Shown here piece by piece: positions 20,783 through 33,223 of a stretch of DNA of 64,000 nucleotides. Origin of the DNA: Elsinoe ampelina (Eukaryota); NCBI GenBank assembly GCA_010093995.1, contig ML992501.1, forward strand, positions 392,227-456,226, given 5' to 3'. Under the pieces are notes generated by a model that saw only the letters and a list, made by a program, of their open reading frames with translations, searched no databases and had not been told where the DNA came from. Made by a program: the position numbers and the translations under genes. How positions within the stretch are numbered: position 1 is the stretch's first letter; every line of letters begins with the position of its first letter.

Positions 20783-22799
20783 CTATCCTCCGACCACAAC
20801 ACGAGCACCTTCCTTGCCAATTACACCCCGTTCGCGAGCCTTTGGCGACTTGTCCCGACCCTTCTTGCTTCGCAGGAACCCCAGCATGCCACTCTTGCCC
20901 CTTTGCTGCTCGTCCTGAACCATCGACTGACTCTGATTGGCCATGTCGCTCCAGCTGCCAGTCTCGTTGAGGGTGACTTGTACGCCACTGCCACTCATCG
21001 AGATGTTCCTCGTGCTGCCCCTTGGTTTCCGGCTTGTCGAATTATCCCGCTGCAAGGTACTGCCAGCAGTCTCCTCGTACCGCACCGACCGAGACTTGCT
21101 TGGAGGAGGCGGACCGGAAGCCACAGGCACCTGCTTGCCATCTGCAGTGGTGAAGTATTCTTGTTGCTGACCCTGCATTGATGATGGAATTGGTGGAGAG
21201 CCTTTCGGTGATTGTGTCGGCGAGCGTGCACGCGGCGTTTGAGACCTTGAGACGGGTGCTGGTTGGACCTTGCTTGCGTCGGTCTGGCTGCGATTATCAG
21301 TGGAAGAGTCACCACGCTTGCTATCAACAGCATCTGCCGTGGCATCAGGAATCACATCGCCCGTGAGTGGGTTTCTGGAGTGACGAGTTAGTATCGGTGT
21401 GTAGAAATATGCCATATATGATTACCTGTAATCCGACACCGACATGTAGTTGAACGGCTCGAACATTGTTTCAATCATACGATGCAGTTCGTCCGCTCGG
21501 ATTTCTTGGTCCGTGGCATCTGGTCGAAGCTCTGCTCTTGGCTTTTGCTTCCTTGTGCGGGCTTCCAGCGGAGCTTCTTCGAGTAACAGCTCCTCCAGAT
21601 CGTAGGTAGCATCGAAGTTGGTCTTTTCACTCGACGGCATGAAGATGGGGTCGATCATCTTCTTCTCTAGCAGCTCGAAGTCAAGTTCACGGAAGAACGG
21701 ATTGTCAATGAAGCTCTCCCAACTGCTGGCGCCTATCCGCATGGGGCGGTCCTTTTCGAGTAACGAGGAGATGGCGTGCAAGCAGACCATAGAGACTGGC
21801 GGGTTTGTGACTGGGTAGTTAGGCTCGCCCTTCATGATGTTTTGCGCTAGCTGTTCGTGGTGGTTCCCTTCGAAGGGTCGCTGTGAAACGTCAACAATGT
21901 TTCTGCCAAGGTAACGAGGCAGCTTACCTTGCTGTATATGCATTCGTAGAAGAGGACTCCGAGCGACCACCAATCCACCTCTGGACCATAGCCTTTTCCT
22001 CGATACACTTCAGGTGCGAGGTACGCTAACGTGCCCGACTTTGATGTGAGAGGTTTGCCTGGCGTGAGATCTGTGGCGACGTTCTGTGTCCTGTTAGTGA
22101 TATCCATTCAGCCAGGTACAAGTCGGTCCATACAAAGTCTGCCAAGTGAACGTGGCCTTCATTGTCGAGTAGCACATTGTCAGGCTTGACATCTCTGTGC
22201 ACAACATTCTGCTGGTGGATGTACCGAAGAGCGCATCCAAGTTCCGCTATCCAAAACCGAATTGCTTCTTCTGTGAAGGTCTTGCGAGTGATGTGGAATC
22301 TGAGATCACCTCCCGTCATCAGATCGACTACAATGTACCTGAGATTGTCAGATCATGGTCGGTCCGGTGTCGACGCGGACATCGTACAAATACTCAACAT
22401 CTTGGAAACTGTATCGCAAGTTGCAAAGAAAAGGATGATTCAGGTGTTCCAGCATACGTCTTTCCCTCAGCATATTCCGTACGCTCTCACTCCGGACGAC
22501 CTCATCCTTTCTTATGTACTAGTGATACCAAGTCAGTATCAGCCGTGTGATTGTCGGTGTTGCCATGTCGTACCTTGAGAGCAAAAGTCAAACCGGTATC
22601 TTTCCGCTCGACAATTCGGACTTTGCCAAAAGCGCCTTTGCCGACAACTCTGAGTAATCGAAAGTGATCGAGATTCACTATTGTCCGCCTTGTCAGCCAA
22701 TCTGTATGAGAGGACAAACTCTGTGCGTGTTGGTTGGCCGGTCTTGAGGCACGTACCTTCGTCTGTGAAAACGACGGGCTTCCCTGAGCTATTACCCAT
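20783..22799 (-). CDS. AGC-group Ser/Thr kinase, YANK/STK32-like; 7 exons: 22799-22757, 22677-22574, 22518-22388, 22338-22134, 22083-21928, 21880-21426, 21374-20783
   Basis: Myristoylation-like [28 protein letters not shown] in place of DFG (YANK hallmark), [27 protein letters not shown]. All six introns are GT-AG with branch points and keep the frame. Confidence 0.9.
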
Positions 22800-24266
22800 C
22801 TTGTCCGATTACCTAGCTCTTGCTCAGATATTACTCAAGGATCCGTTGCATCGTCAGAAGGGATGCGTAAGAATATGAACGGGGATGCGATGACCTGGAC
22901 GGCCTCGCTGTTGCTTCTGGTTTCAGGCGTTTGTTTGCTGGATTCGTTTCACTGAGCGGTTGGTGCTGGAGTCGAATTGAAGAATGGCAGACGTCTCCGT
23001 TGTGTCTTTCGCTGATGTCTGTCTCCTGATGCCGAGTTCGATAAAGGGTCGGTGAGTGCAATGTTGGCTGGCAGAGAGCCAGTGGTCGCGGGGTTATCTT
23101 TGGAAGAGCGGCAGCTTTCGAACTAGGGGGTTCTCGAGACCCTTGGTCGCCTCTTTCGGGTTGAGGAAAGATCAGGCTGTCGATCCAAAGCTCTCTCGTC
23201 TATCCAAATTGTTTCGTTTGAAATGCCAGATGCTGGCCAGAGTGCGATTGAGGGCGAAGTTCTGATCCCAATGTTCGACCGAGCAGAATGGCTGTCCGCA
23301 CAAGAAGCCAAGGGACGAAGACCGATTGGGGGGCGCACAGGGCAGCAGGTGGGAAGAGGCCGCTCGAATAATCAAAGCTTATTGGATCCGGTAGGACGGC
23401 GATATAGCCAAGTCTCTCCACTCAACGACGAACAAACGATGTGCAGAAGTGCAGTCGAAGTGGCAGACGAATCGTGGGTACTGACAGGAACGGAGCATGC
23501 AGGTTGTGTGAGCAGTGACGATAGTCTCTACCAGTGTAGGATATGGCCTGGCTCTGCTTCTGGATCTGTCTGCCCGTTACACAGGCTCCAACGTCCCGCA
23601 CGGCCAGAGTAACTTGGAGCGACTCGAGCGATGATATTGGGACGGCTTTTCTGCCTGCTGACTGTTCTGATGGATTACATGGACGTGTTCGACTTGAGTA
23701 GCGCCATCGTAGGATAGTAGGTACTTGATGCCCACTTCAGGACATGCAGCTTACAAGGTGACCTGGCAAGCTCCAATCCTCACTGCTGTCGCTGTTTCCA
23801 CCGCACGGGAGGGTGTTACTACATTCGGCACAGTTTCGGTATTGACCGTTTATTACTTTGTACGAAGAGCTCCCACGTGAAAGCTTATGCTTTCTACGAC
23901 AACCAACTCGGTGGCACCCGTCTACAGGAACGAGCGTATCCGTCGTTGGTAGCGCAACCATATTGGAAGCAGGAGGACTGGAGGCCTGATCAAGACGTGT
24001 GCCATTGCTGGTATCGCGGGCCCAGCCCTACCGTATGTTCCTGGGGTAAATACACGGCCATTCCTGTCATCACTTGTGGATCATGTGTCTGATTGTTTCA
24101 TGTACCTGACTCTTCAGAGTGGGATGATTGTGACTAGTGACTGCATTCTGCACCAGACCCATGCTCACCCAAACGCCTATCCGTCCCATATGGATATCTT
24201 CTTGTCGAGTGGAAACAGCCTCGCAAGCCGGTCGAGATACAAAGAGAGTCGTGAGGTATCCAGTCA

Positions 24267-24933
24267 TTACAGTCCATCCATTGTCCCTGCAGGCTCATCA
24301 TCCTCGCCGTCATCGTCGAAGCTCCCAACACTGCTCATCTCGTCTTCGTCTTCCGAATGTACTCCAGCATCATCGGCGGCCTCTCGGGAAGCGTATTTGC
24401 TGACGTATTCTGCGCGGTCTTCAGCATTCAGATCACGGCTGGAAAGTTGTAGACCTTACCTTTGACCTTGGCGTCGTAGCTCTTCGGTTCTCTCATGAGG
24501 AGGGCAGCAGCCTCGCCATTCAGCGGATCCGTCGGGTTTGGGTACCGCAGAAGTTGTGGGAGAAACACCTCGAAAATGTTGACCATGTCGTACATTGGGG
24601 ACCACGTCTGATTGATGACATCCAAACACACGCTACCCGATCTGACAGGGCGTTAGCATCTTCCATGGAGCATGTTCCGGGGCGGTATACCTACAGCTCG
24701 TCAATGTTGGGGTGGAAGATGCGGTTGACAAAGCCAATCGACGGTGACTTGTAAGGGTATTGATCTGGTAATTCGACATGTATCTTCCACAGTCCTCCTT
24801 GGAAAGGTGTTTCCTCGGGACCCTTGAACCTAACATAGAACTCCTGCATGTTGTCGTTGACCAGTGTGACCTCGTAATCGCTCATCAGCATCTTCATGAC
24901 ATCCGTCTCAATCCTCCGCTTTGGACTGCTCAT
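24267..24933 (-). CDS. UBC8: Ubiquitin-conjugating enzyme E2 Ubc8/UBE2H; exons 24933-24695, 24641-24460, 24409-24267
   Basis: [37 protein letters not shown] (active-site Cys) and an acidic tail; introns 24642..24694 and 24410..24459. Confidence 0.95.
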
Positions 24934-27409
24934 CTTGGCTCCTCCTCCAGATTTGTGTATGTGACCAAGACGTGTACTTTGAACAGGTTTTGAAGCACCT
25001 GACAAGTGCTCGAGCCGTGCAGCAAAGGGTTTTTGGCAGGGTTATGTGCCAGTAACGTTGTACGAGAGGGGCAGATAGGCGGAGATGGACAGGTGGGGTA
25101 GCGGTGTCTGTGCTACAGGTATTTGTTGGCGGTGGGTTGGTATTGGATCGTCGAAGGTCAGTTTGCAGGGAGGATAAGCCGAGCGATGGGTAGGTAGTGC
25201 AGCGAGAGAATATGGAGATGACTGACGAGGAGAAATGCAGTTGTCTTTGTGTTGTCACCGAAGGGTGAGGTCGATGCTCGGGCACATGCGGGCAATTCCT
25301 CTCGGATGTTCAAGCGTCAGAGCGGGTTATTGGCACGTCACGCGCTCGCCAGATTGGCTCATGCTCAAATTGGTACCTGATAGTGACAAAGCGATTGCAC
25401 AAAGCCAGCGCGAGTGCAAGGCAGGCATCTTGCCCATGTCTGTGTCTGTATTGCACAAGCATACGCCATCGGTCGTTCCTGGTCTTTGGGCTTCCCCCGA
25501 AGCTGCAGGATGCAATGCCACGTTAGTTGAGAGTTTGTAGCTCATCCCAATGACATTAGACAGCCTCATCTCTGCTAATCTAGCACGCTTGAGCACACTG
25601 ATCAGACAGAGGGAGCGCCACAAACGTAGCCGACTTCAACAGTATGCAAACATTGAGATCATCCTGCAATGCACACATCGTAGCTTCACGCGGCCCTACG
25701 CAACTGGACAATTCATAGTCAATGAGGCTACTCCACGATCCCGCGGCCTTGTTCTCAAGGAACTGAATTCCGGCCATCGAGGATAATTGTACCTGAACAG
25801 CCACATGAGCCTCTTTGTACAAGCCCCATCGTGCTTCCTTTGCCGAAAGTCTTTTTTTCATATTCTTTGGATGAGTCTGGAACCTTTCTCCCCAGATTCT
25901 TCTCCTAGTCATGCACACATGGAAATTGAGGATCTTGTTGTTTCGGAGGAAACGGATCTAGGCCCTGCCACAGACTGGTCGACATTCTTACGTTCTCAGA
26001 CTTTCGAGCTGTGTGATGATATGATCCCTATTGACTCGATTGCTCACAGCAGAGCTCGAGCTCCTTGTCCTCAGGAGACGAGTCCGGTAGAAACTAAGCG
26101 ACACATGCGGCCTGGGACTGCCGAGCATGGAATGTACAAGGAATTGCATGTCGATCGAATAAAAACCTTGAAGAATCCTTCCAATGTGTGTTATTTTGTG
26201 ACCGTCTGATTGCAAACCAGATGCAATCTGCGTCGACATTCCAAAACCATGACCAAAAGTCGTGGACTCGAGTCTGGATCGTTTTGCTAGTGATATTTGG
26301 GTGTCAGTGGTAAAGTGCTCCGGAGAAGGCTGCCCCCAGATGCCGCCGTTGAACCAGGATCGCACCTTCCTTCGCAACACTGTCAACCAAAGCCTTCAGA
26401 TCGTGTCGCAAAACGGATCCAGCTTCCATTGCCCGGTACAGCAACTGTCTAGCACGAGGTTTAAGCTGTTCTTAGAACCACAGGCCATGTCGTGCGATCG
26501 AGCATCACGACTGTTGGAAAAACAGATCACGAAACTGTCAATGCTAGTCGTAGCCTAGTCTCCCGATCGACGCCCATGTCCCTGTCTTCCCTGTCTCTTT
26601 GACCAGTCTTTCGTCCAAGTGCGTCTTCTAACCGACTGCCGTCGCAAGGTCGAATCTCCAGTCCAACGGCACTGCCTTTTGGCTTCCGCATTGACGACTC
26701 TGCAGGCGTTCTCCCAAACTGCAAAATAATTATGCTGTCGTTGTCGTGAGCGGGTCATAGATTCTGTTTCCTCTCGGTCTTCTCGGAGAGATCCACCTCA
26801 CGACCACGTCCCGTCTTTTCCACAGTCGCGGCTACCGCCAAGATCCTACCGCAACACCGTCGATCACGACCAGATTAGCACACCTCGTGCAGAAGTCCTG
26901 CTTTTCGCCCGTCTGTCCCTACACACACCGCGATACCGCCCTCAACCTCACCTGCGAATACCGACTGGCCATCGTCGACGACATTCGACTTCGTTCTCTC
27001 GCGCAAACCTTGTTCTGCGAAGTAGCTGCAGCTCCAGTCGACGACCTTTGGACAGAACCACTCACCTATATCCAACCAGGTCGCATAGAAATACAACACC
27101 CTACGCGTGTCGCTACCCTCAATTCTCATCACCAATCACATTTGGCTTCACCGATGAGAGACCGATAGACAATCTGGAGAGGTGGATAGACCGGGCAAAG
27201 TCGCACGTACCCAAACTCCCACGCAAGTCTTCTAAGTGGCGAGTCGTGCTATTAGGCACTGGTACTGGTTGGAACGTCGCAAGAGTCTGCTATACCACAA
27301 GAGGACCAGCCATATGGCGTAGAAATATCCACAAGGATAGGCCACGCTCCCAGGCTTGCGGCAGTACACGACACTAGCAGCCGACTTCGTCAAGCAGCTT
27401 GCTCTGTCC

Positions 27410-30400
27410 ATGCCTGACAGCAGCATGGCAACCCAGCAGAACCCGGAAGGGACAAATAGCCAAGCACCCGACACAGATGCCACTCGGACACCTTCTCTGA
27501 CCCCTATGGGCCCTCCACGCTCGACATCTCGATCACCTCGGCCACATCTCCGTGACATCGACGCCGCTGGTGCTTCTCACACGGATTTCGATTCCGCCAT
27601 TTCGCCTGGTCTTACGGGCACACGGTCGGGTCCTTTGAGTCCCGAAATTGCTGACAGGGTGTTCCCCATACGCTCAGTAGTCACGCGTGATCCAAATCCC
27701 ACTCCCGCTTCTCGCTCTTCGGATTATGGCGATGGCTATTTTCAAGGTGGTACCACTCCTCGGAGATTCTCTGCAAATGGTCGATCTGGCTACAATTCGA
27801 TACAAAATACCCCAGCGAGACAACGCCAGCCATCTGCAGGCACGTCGTCCGCCGGAGGCTCCGATGAGCCCATCGAGAGGGGAGACCGAAGATCACAATC
27901 TCTGACTAGGGAGGAAGTGGAAAATACACACAAGCCTCGAGCTGACCCCGGTGTCTTCAATGAAATCGCTGGAGGTACGGGCGGGAGCGAGAGAGGGACT
28001 GCACCCTCCGAAGGACGACCTGGATCTATACGCGCGCAGTCCATTAGAAGCGCTGCAGGCCCAAACGATGACATCGGTTCTGGTCTTTTGACTGCTCGAT
28101 TCAAGCACGTCGTCTCGGAAGGCGGTCATATGGTCATCACCGGACGAGATGGGGAAACTTTACAGAGATGTGAGGACGAGCCGATTCACATCCCTGGTGC
28201 AATCCAGGGGTTCGGCTTGCTGATAGCTTTGGAGGAGGAAGCTGAAGGTAAGCTTGTGGTCAGAGTCGTTAGCGAAAACTCCAAGCGTCTCATTGGATAC
28301 ACACCACGGCAACTGTTTGCCTTGGAATCTTTCACCGATATTCTTTCCGAGGAGCAGACGGACAACCTGCTAGACCATATCGATTTCGTGCGTGATGACG
28401 ACGGGGATGTCGCAGTCAACGGTCCAGAGGTCTTCACTATGTCGATACGGGGTCCCAGTCGACGCTCACAAAAGCTTTGGTGCGCCATGCATATCAACGA
28501 CCGCAATTCAAACCTCATTATATGTGAGTTTGAGCTTGAGGATGACCCGACCTATCCTCTTGTACCACCGAACGAAGCGACCCCTGAGCCGCCGGAAGAC
28601 ACTTTGAACAGCGACCCCACGCCTCAAGAGCTCGCCGAAAGCACACAGAATATTAGCAAACCTCTTCGCGTGCTCCGGAGCGCACGCAAGCGCAAAGGCG
28701 AAGCAGCAGCCATGGAGGTATTCAACATCATGTCTCAAGTACAAGAGCAACTTGCGGCAGCGCCAAACCTCGAAAAGTTCCTCAAGGTTCTCGTGGGTGT
28801 GGTGAAAGAGCTGACCGGATTCCATCGAGTTATGATCTATCAATTTGATCAATCCTGGAACGGCCGAGTTGTCACAGAATTGGTTGACCCAAGGGCTACC
28901 AAAGATCTTTACAAGGGGCTCAACTTCCCCGCTTCCGACATCCCGAAGCAAGCACGTGACCTGTACAAAATCAACAAAGTACGTATGTTGTATGACCGTG
29001 ATCAGGAGACCGCAAGACTAGTATGCCGGACCGCGCAGGACCTAGAGACGCCCTTGGATCTGACTTACTCTTACCTGCGCGCCATGTCACCGATTCATCT
29101 CAAATACCTCGGGAACATGGCCGTTCGCTCCTCCATGTCGATTTCCATAAACGCCTTTGAGGAGCTCTGGGGTTTGATCGCCTGTCATTCATATGGCGCG
29201 AAGGGCATGCGCGTATCTTTCCCGATTCGGAAAATGGCCAGACTCGTCGGAGATTCGGCCAGCCGGAACATTGAGAGATTAAGTTATGCATCTCGTCTCC
29301 AGGCCCGCAAATTGATCAACACTGTCCCAACACAAAACAACCCTTCTGGTTACATCATTGCCTCGTCTGAGGATCTTCTGAAGCTCTTTGATGCCGACAG
29401 TGGTATGCTTTCCATCCGCGACGAAACGAAAATTCTGGGACGGATAGACCACTCCCAAGAAGCTCTGGCTTTGTTGGAATACTTGCGCATGAGGAAGATC
29501 ACCAACGTGCAAACGTCCCAAGATATACGCGAGGACTTTCCCGACCTCAGATACCCTCCCGGCATCAAGCATATCGCCGGTCTCCTGCTGGTACCCCTTT
29601 CCACTGGCGGCCAAGACTTTATCGTCTTCTTCCGCAAGGGTGTAATGAAGGAAGTCAAGTGGGCAGGCAACCCCTACGAGAAGTTCATCAAAGCTGGAAC
29701 AGAAGGATACCTGGAGCCTCGGAAGAGTTTCAAGACATGGAGCGAGACTGTCGTTGGCAAGTGCCGTGAGTGGTCCGAGGAGGAGATCGAGACAGCAGCT
29801 GTTCTATGCCTCGTGTACGGTAAGTTTATTGAAGTTTGGCGCCAAAAAGAGGCTGCGCTGCAGAGCAGTCAGCTCACGCGTCTTCTCCTTGCCAACTCGG
29901 CTCACGAAGTTCGAACGCCACTCAACGCCATCATCAACTACCTCGAAATAGCTCTTGAGGGTTCGCTCGACTCGGAGACCAGGGAGAACCTGGCTAAGTC
30001 ACACTCGGCATCCAAATCACTGATATATGTCATCAACGATTTGCTTGATTTGACCAAGACCGAAGAGGGTGGCGACTTGGTGAGGGATGAGGTGTTCGAT
30101 TTACACACGACCATTGCCGAGGCTACCGATAACTACAAAGGCGATGCTCGACGCAAACAGATCTCATACGACATCCACGAACATCCAGGCCTGCCGAAGG
30201 AAGTCATCGGCGACCAGCGGAAGGTCAGACAGGCAATTTCCAACATTACTGCGAACGCTATACAGAACACCAACACTGGAGGCGTTACTGTTGAAGTCTA
30301 TGTCGCCGGTCGTCAAGAGAGACACATCGACATTGAATGCAGCGTTACAGACACTGGCGTCGGCATCAACAGCAAACGTCTTGATGCACTCTTCAGGGAG

Positions 30401-32017
30401 CTTGAGCAAGTCCACTCGGAAGGCGATCCACTTGCTGATACTCCTCCACTAGAGGATCAAAAACAGCTTGAAGGTGCCAAAGATGGTGACAAGCGAGTTC
30501 TTGGACTTGGTCTCGCCGTCGTCGCGAGAATTATCAGGAACATGAATGGACAGATGCGGCTGAAGTCTGAAGAGAGCAAAGGCTCAAGATTCGTCCTTCA
30601 ATTCCCCTTCCAGCTTCCCGAATCGGAATCTACTCAACAGAAGATCGACGCTGCCCCTTCCGATACCGGGTCCGAGACACCTCATGCCGAAATGAACTCA
30701 AATCCAGTGGACTCGGCAGGGGAGGTCACGGTCATTCAGCGAGATATGCAGAGGCGTCATTCAACTGAGATGAAGGACACTATCGTTCGTAAGTCCAGCA
30801 GTGACAGCATGCACAGCAAGCAGAGTTTAGGAAGCATGAAGTCCGGGCGTAGTGGGAACAGCCAATCGTCGCAGCGCAGTGAAGCGGATCGCCTCATCGA
30901 TGCCTTCTCCGAACCCCACTTGGTTGGCGCACCCAACAGCCATGGTCGGTCCGGCAGTCGGCCAGGCAGTGGCGGCGGACGGCCTCAGCTCACTCAGCGG
31001 CATAGTACATCGTCAAACCTGCAGTCGAGAGACGCAAGGACACGTTCCAAAAGCATCGATGCTCCCATTCCAGAGCATCATCGTCAAATACACATCGGCC
31101 CGCCCGGTATGGCCAACGTACCTGACCAACGAACACCCATCAGATCTGTCCGAGTACCGGACCACTACGAGGGATCATCGCCGATATCAGTTGGCGGAAT
31201 GTCGTCGGCCGGTAGTCTCTTTGAGCATGCGAGATCACCGCTAGACCAGTCTATCCCCGACTCGAAGCACATGCGAGTCCTGATTGCTGAGGACGACCCG
31301 GTCAATAGCAGAATCATTAAAAAGCGGCTCGAGAAGCTTGGTCACATGCCATATCTGACCGTCAATGGGGAGGAATGCTCGAGTGCTTACGGCGAGAAAA
31401 CGGGATATTTCGATGTTGTCCTGATGGACATGCAGGTGAGTTAGAGTGAACCTCCAATCGTTTGTTATACTGACTTTCTGTGGATGCCAATCGTCGACGG
31501 TCTCACCTCGACTAAGATGATCCGGTCTTTCGAGAAATCACATCCTACGCATATCTTGTCGACAAGAGCGTCACTGAACGGTCGCGTTCCAATCATTGCT
31601 GTCTCTGCCTCCCTGGAAGAGCGAGACCGCAAGTCTTACATCGATGCTGGCTTCGACGGCTGGATCCTGAAGCCAATTTCCTTCGATCGACTTTCCGAAA
31701 TCATGACCGGCATTGTGGATAACAGTATCCGCGCCAAAAACATCTACAGACCGGGCAACTGGGAGAAAGGTGGCTGGTTCGAGAACGCTCAAAAGGATAT
31801 ATTTGCTGCCGACACGAAACCTACAAATACTGTGCCAGGAAGCGCGATGAGCGAAGGCGTCAAGATTGCTGCCGCTGTGGACGATCCGGCCGTCAAGGAA
31901 GAGGACTCCAGCAAGCAATCGCAGGAGCAGGAGCGTCTACTCGCCGTTCAGAAGGAGCAGAACGAAAGCGACGACACGAGCTCGACCAGCCAAGAGACCC
32001 CCAAGGCTGAAAGCTGA
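27410..32017 (+). CDS. fphA: Fungal phytochrome, red-light hybrid histidine kinase (PAS-GAF-PHY-HisKA-HATPase-REC); exons 27410..31435 and ~31484..32017, acceptor anomalous
   Basis: Bilin-binding RCEDEPIHIPGAIQ, GAF PASDIP, PHY EPRKSF, H-box SAHEVRTPLN, GLGLA, receiver AEDD...VLMDMQ|MPIVDG...ILKP. Confidence 0.93.
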
Positions 32018-33223
32018 GCATCTTCCTCGTGATCTCCGTCTATCCCAGTGTCAACAGGCGCCCGATCATCCATTCCGTCATCACAGAAGGGCAACCGGCC
32101 ATGTTTACCAACTCGACATGCCCACCCATTTCCATTCACGACTTTCAATGCTACGATGCACGAATATGCATGCGGAGATACACGTCTTCACAACATAGTG
32201 GCGTTTGCTCGTTTCCAGCGGGGTCATTTTCTCTTTACTGTTTTATCCCTAGACACGATGGAGCTTCCTGGATAGCCACCAGATCCGTGGACCAGCAACA
32301 ATCGCTCACAGGTCTTTCCTACACACCATCACCTACCCTACAAGAACGGGCAATCAACAACAAGACAGAGTCTCCAGCACGACACAGAAAGGAGCTATGA
32401 CAAGCAACAATCAGCAAAAGTCGAGCCAGTCGACGGGGGAATGGTGACGAAGCTGGCCACGGGATCACGCTGTCGTTACCTATTAAATATCGGGGGCAAG
32501 ATACCGCTTGTAAACCTAGTGTGTGTTTTCTTTTAAGATGAACAAGGTGGAGGATTTCTCTCTACCATGACACAGCGGGAAGCGTGACCGTGCACCAGAT
32601 GCATGAGCGAGCGCACTGAATGGTTATGACCTTGTAGTACACGAATACAAGAACGATGTTCGAGTGGTAGTTTGAGATATTAATACTGCTTTAAGATTCC
32701 TCTCTTCCCCCACACAATGGTCAAGCCACCTCCACATGTCCCCGCGGGGAACAGGGTGCGTGCACACGACAAAGGGGACTAAACCCTTGTCTAGCCGCCT
32801 CTGCCGCTCGTTTCCAGTGGAGGAAGCTCCGTCAGGTCAGGCCAATAGCCTTGTCTTTGCACCAATTGGCAATGGTCGAGACACTACGCGACCTTATAGT
32901 TTGTGCATGCCCTCCACCATGGAAATGCTTCAGCCGCGTCTCAGCGGCGGAAGATCCTCCGGCCACTTTAGCCAGGGTCCACATCCACCCACCCTTCTCC
33001 AACTCGCTGCTTGCAGCTGTCACGAGCTCTCCATTCCTACGCTTTCTTCCCTCACAAGTCGTGGAGACGCGTCTCGTTCTCTCACTCGTCACGATCTTTC
33101 GACGCTCTTTACTTGCGCTTCTGACGGCGTGACCTCTTACCGCTCATGATAGCAACACAGTCTACAGCAGGGTAGCTGATTTGAGCGATCCGCGGTCGTG
33201 TAGCCTGCACTGCACGCGGCAAG

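Noticed and set aside
25235..27377. Short ORFs between UBC8 and the phytochrome (e.g. 25787..26209), and those at 22831-24100 and 32029-33149
   Set aside because: No motifs or coding bias, and most have non-ATG starts. They are probably promoter/UTR sequence, though uORFs cannot be excluded.
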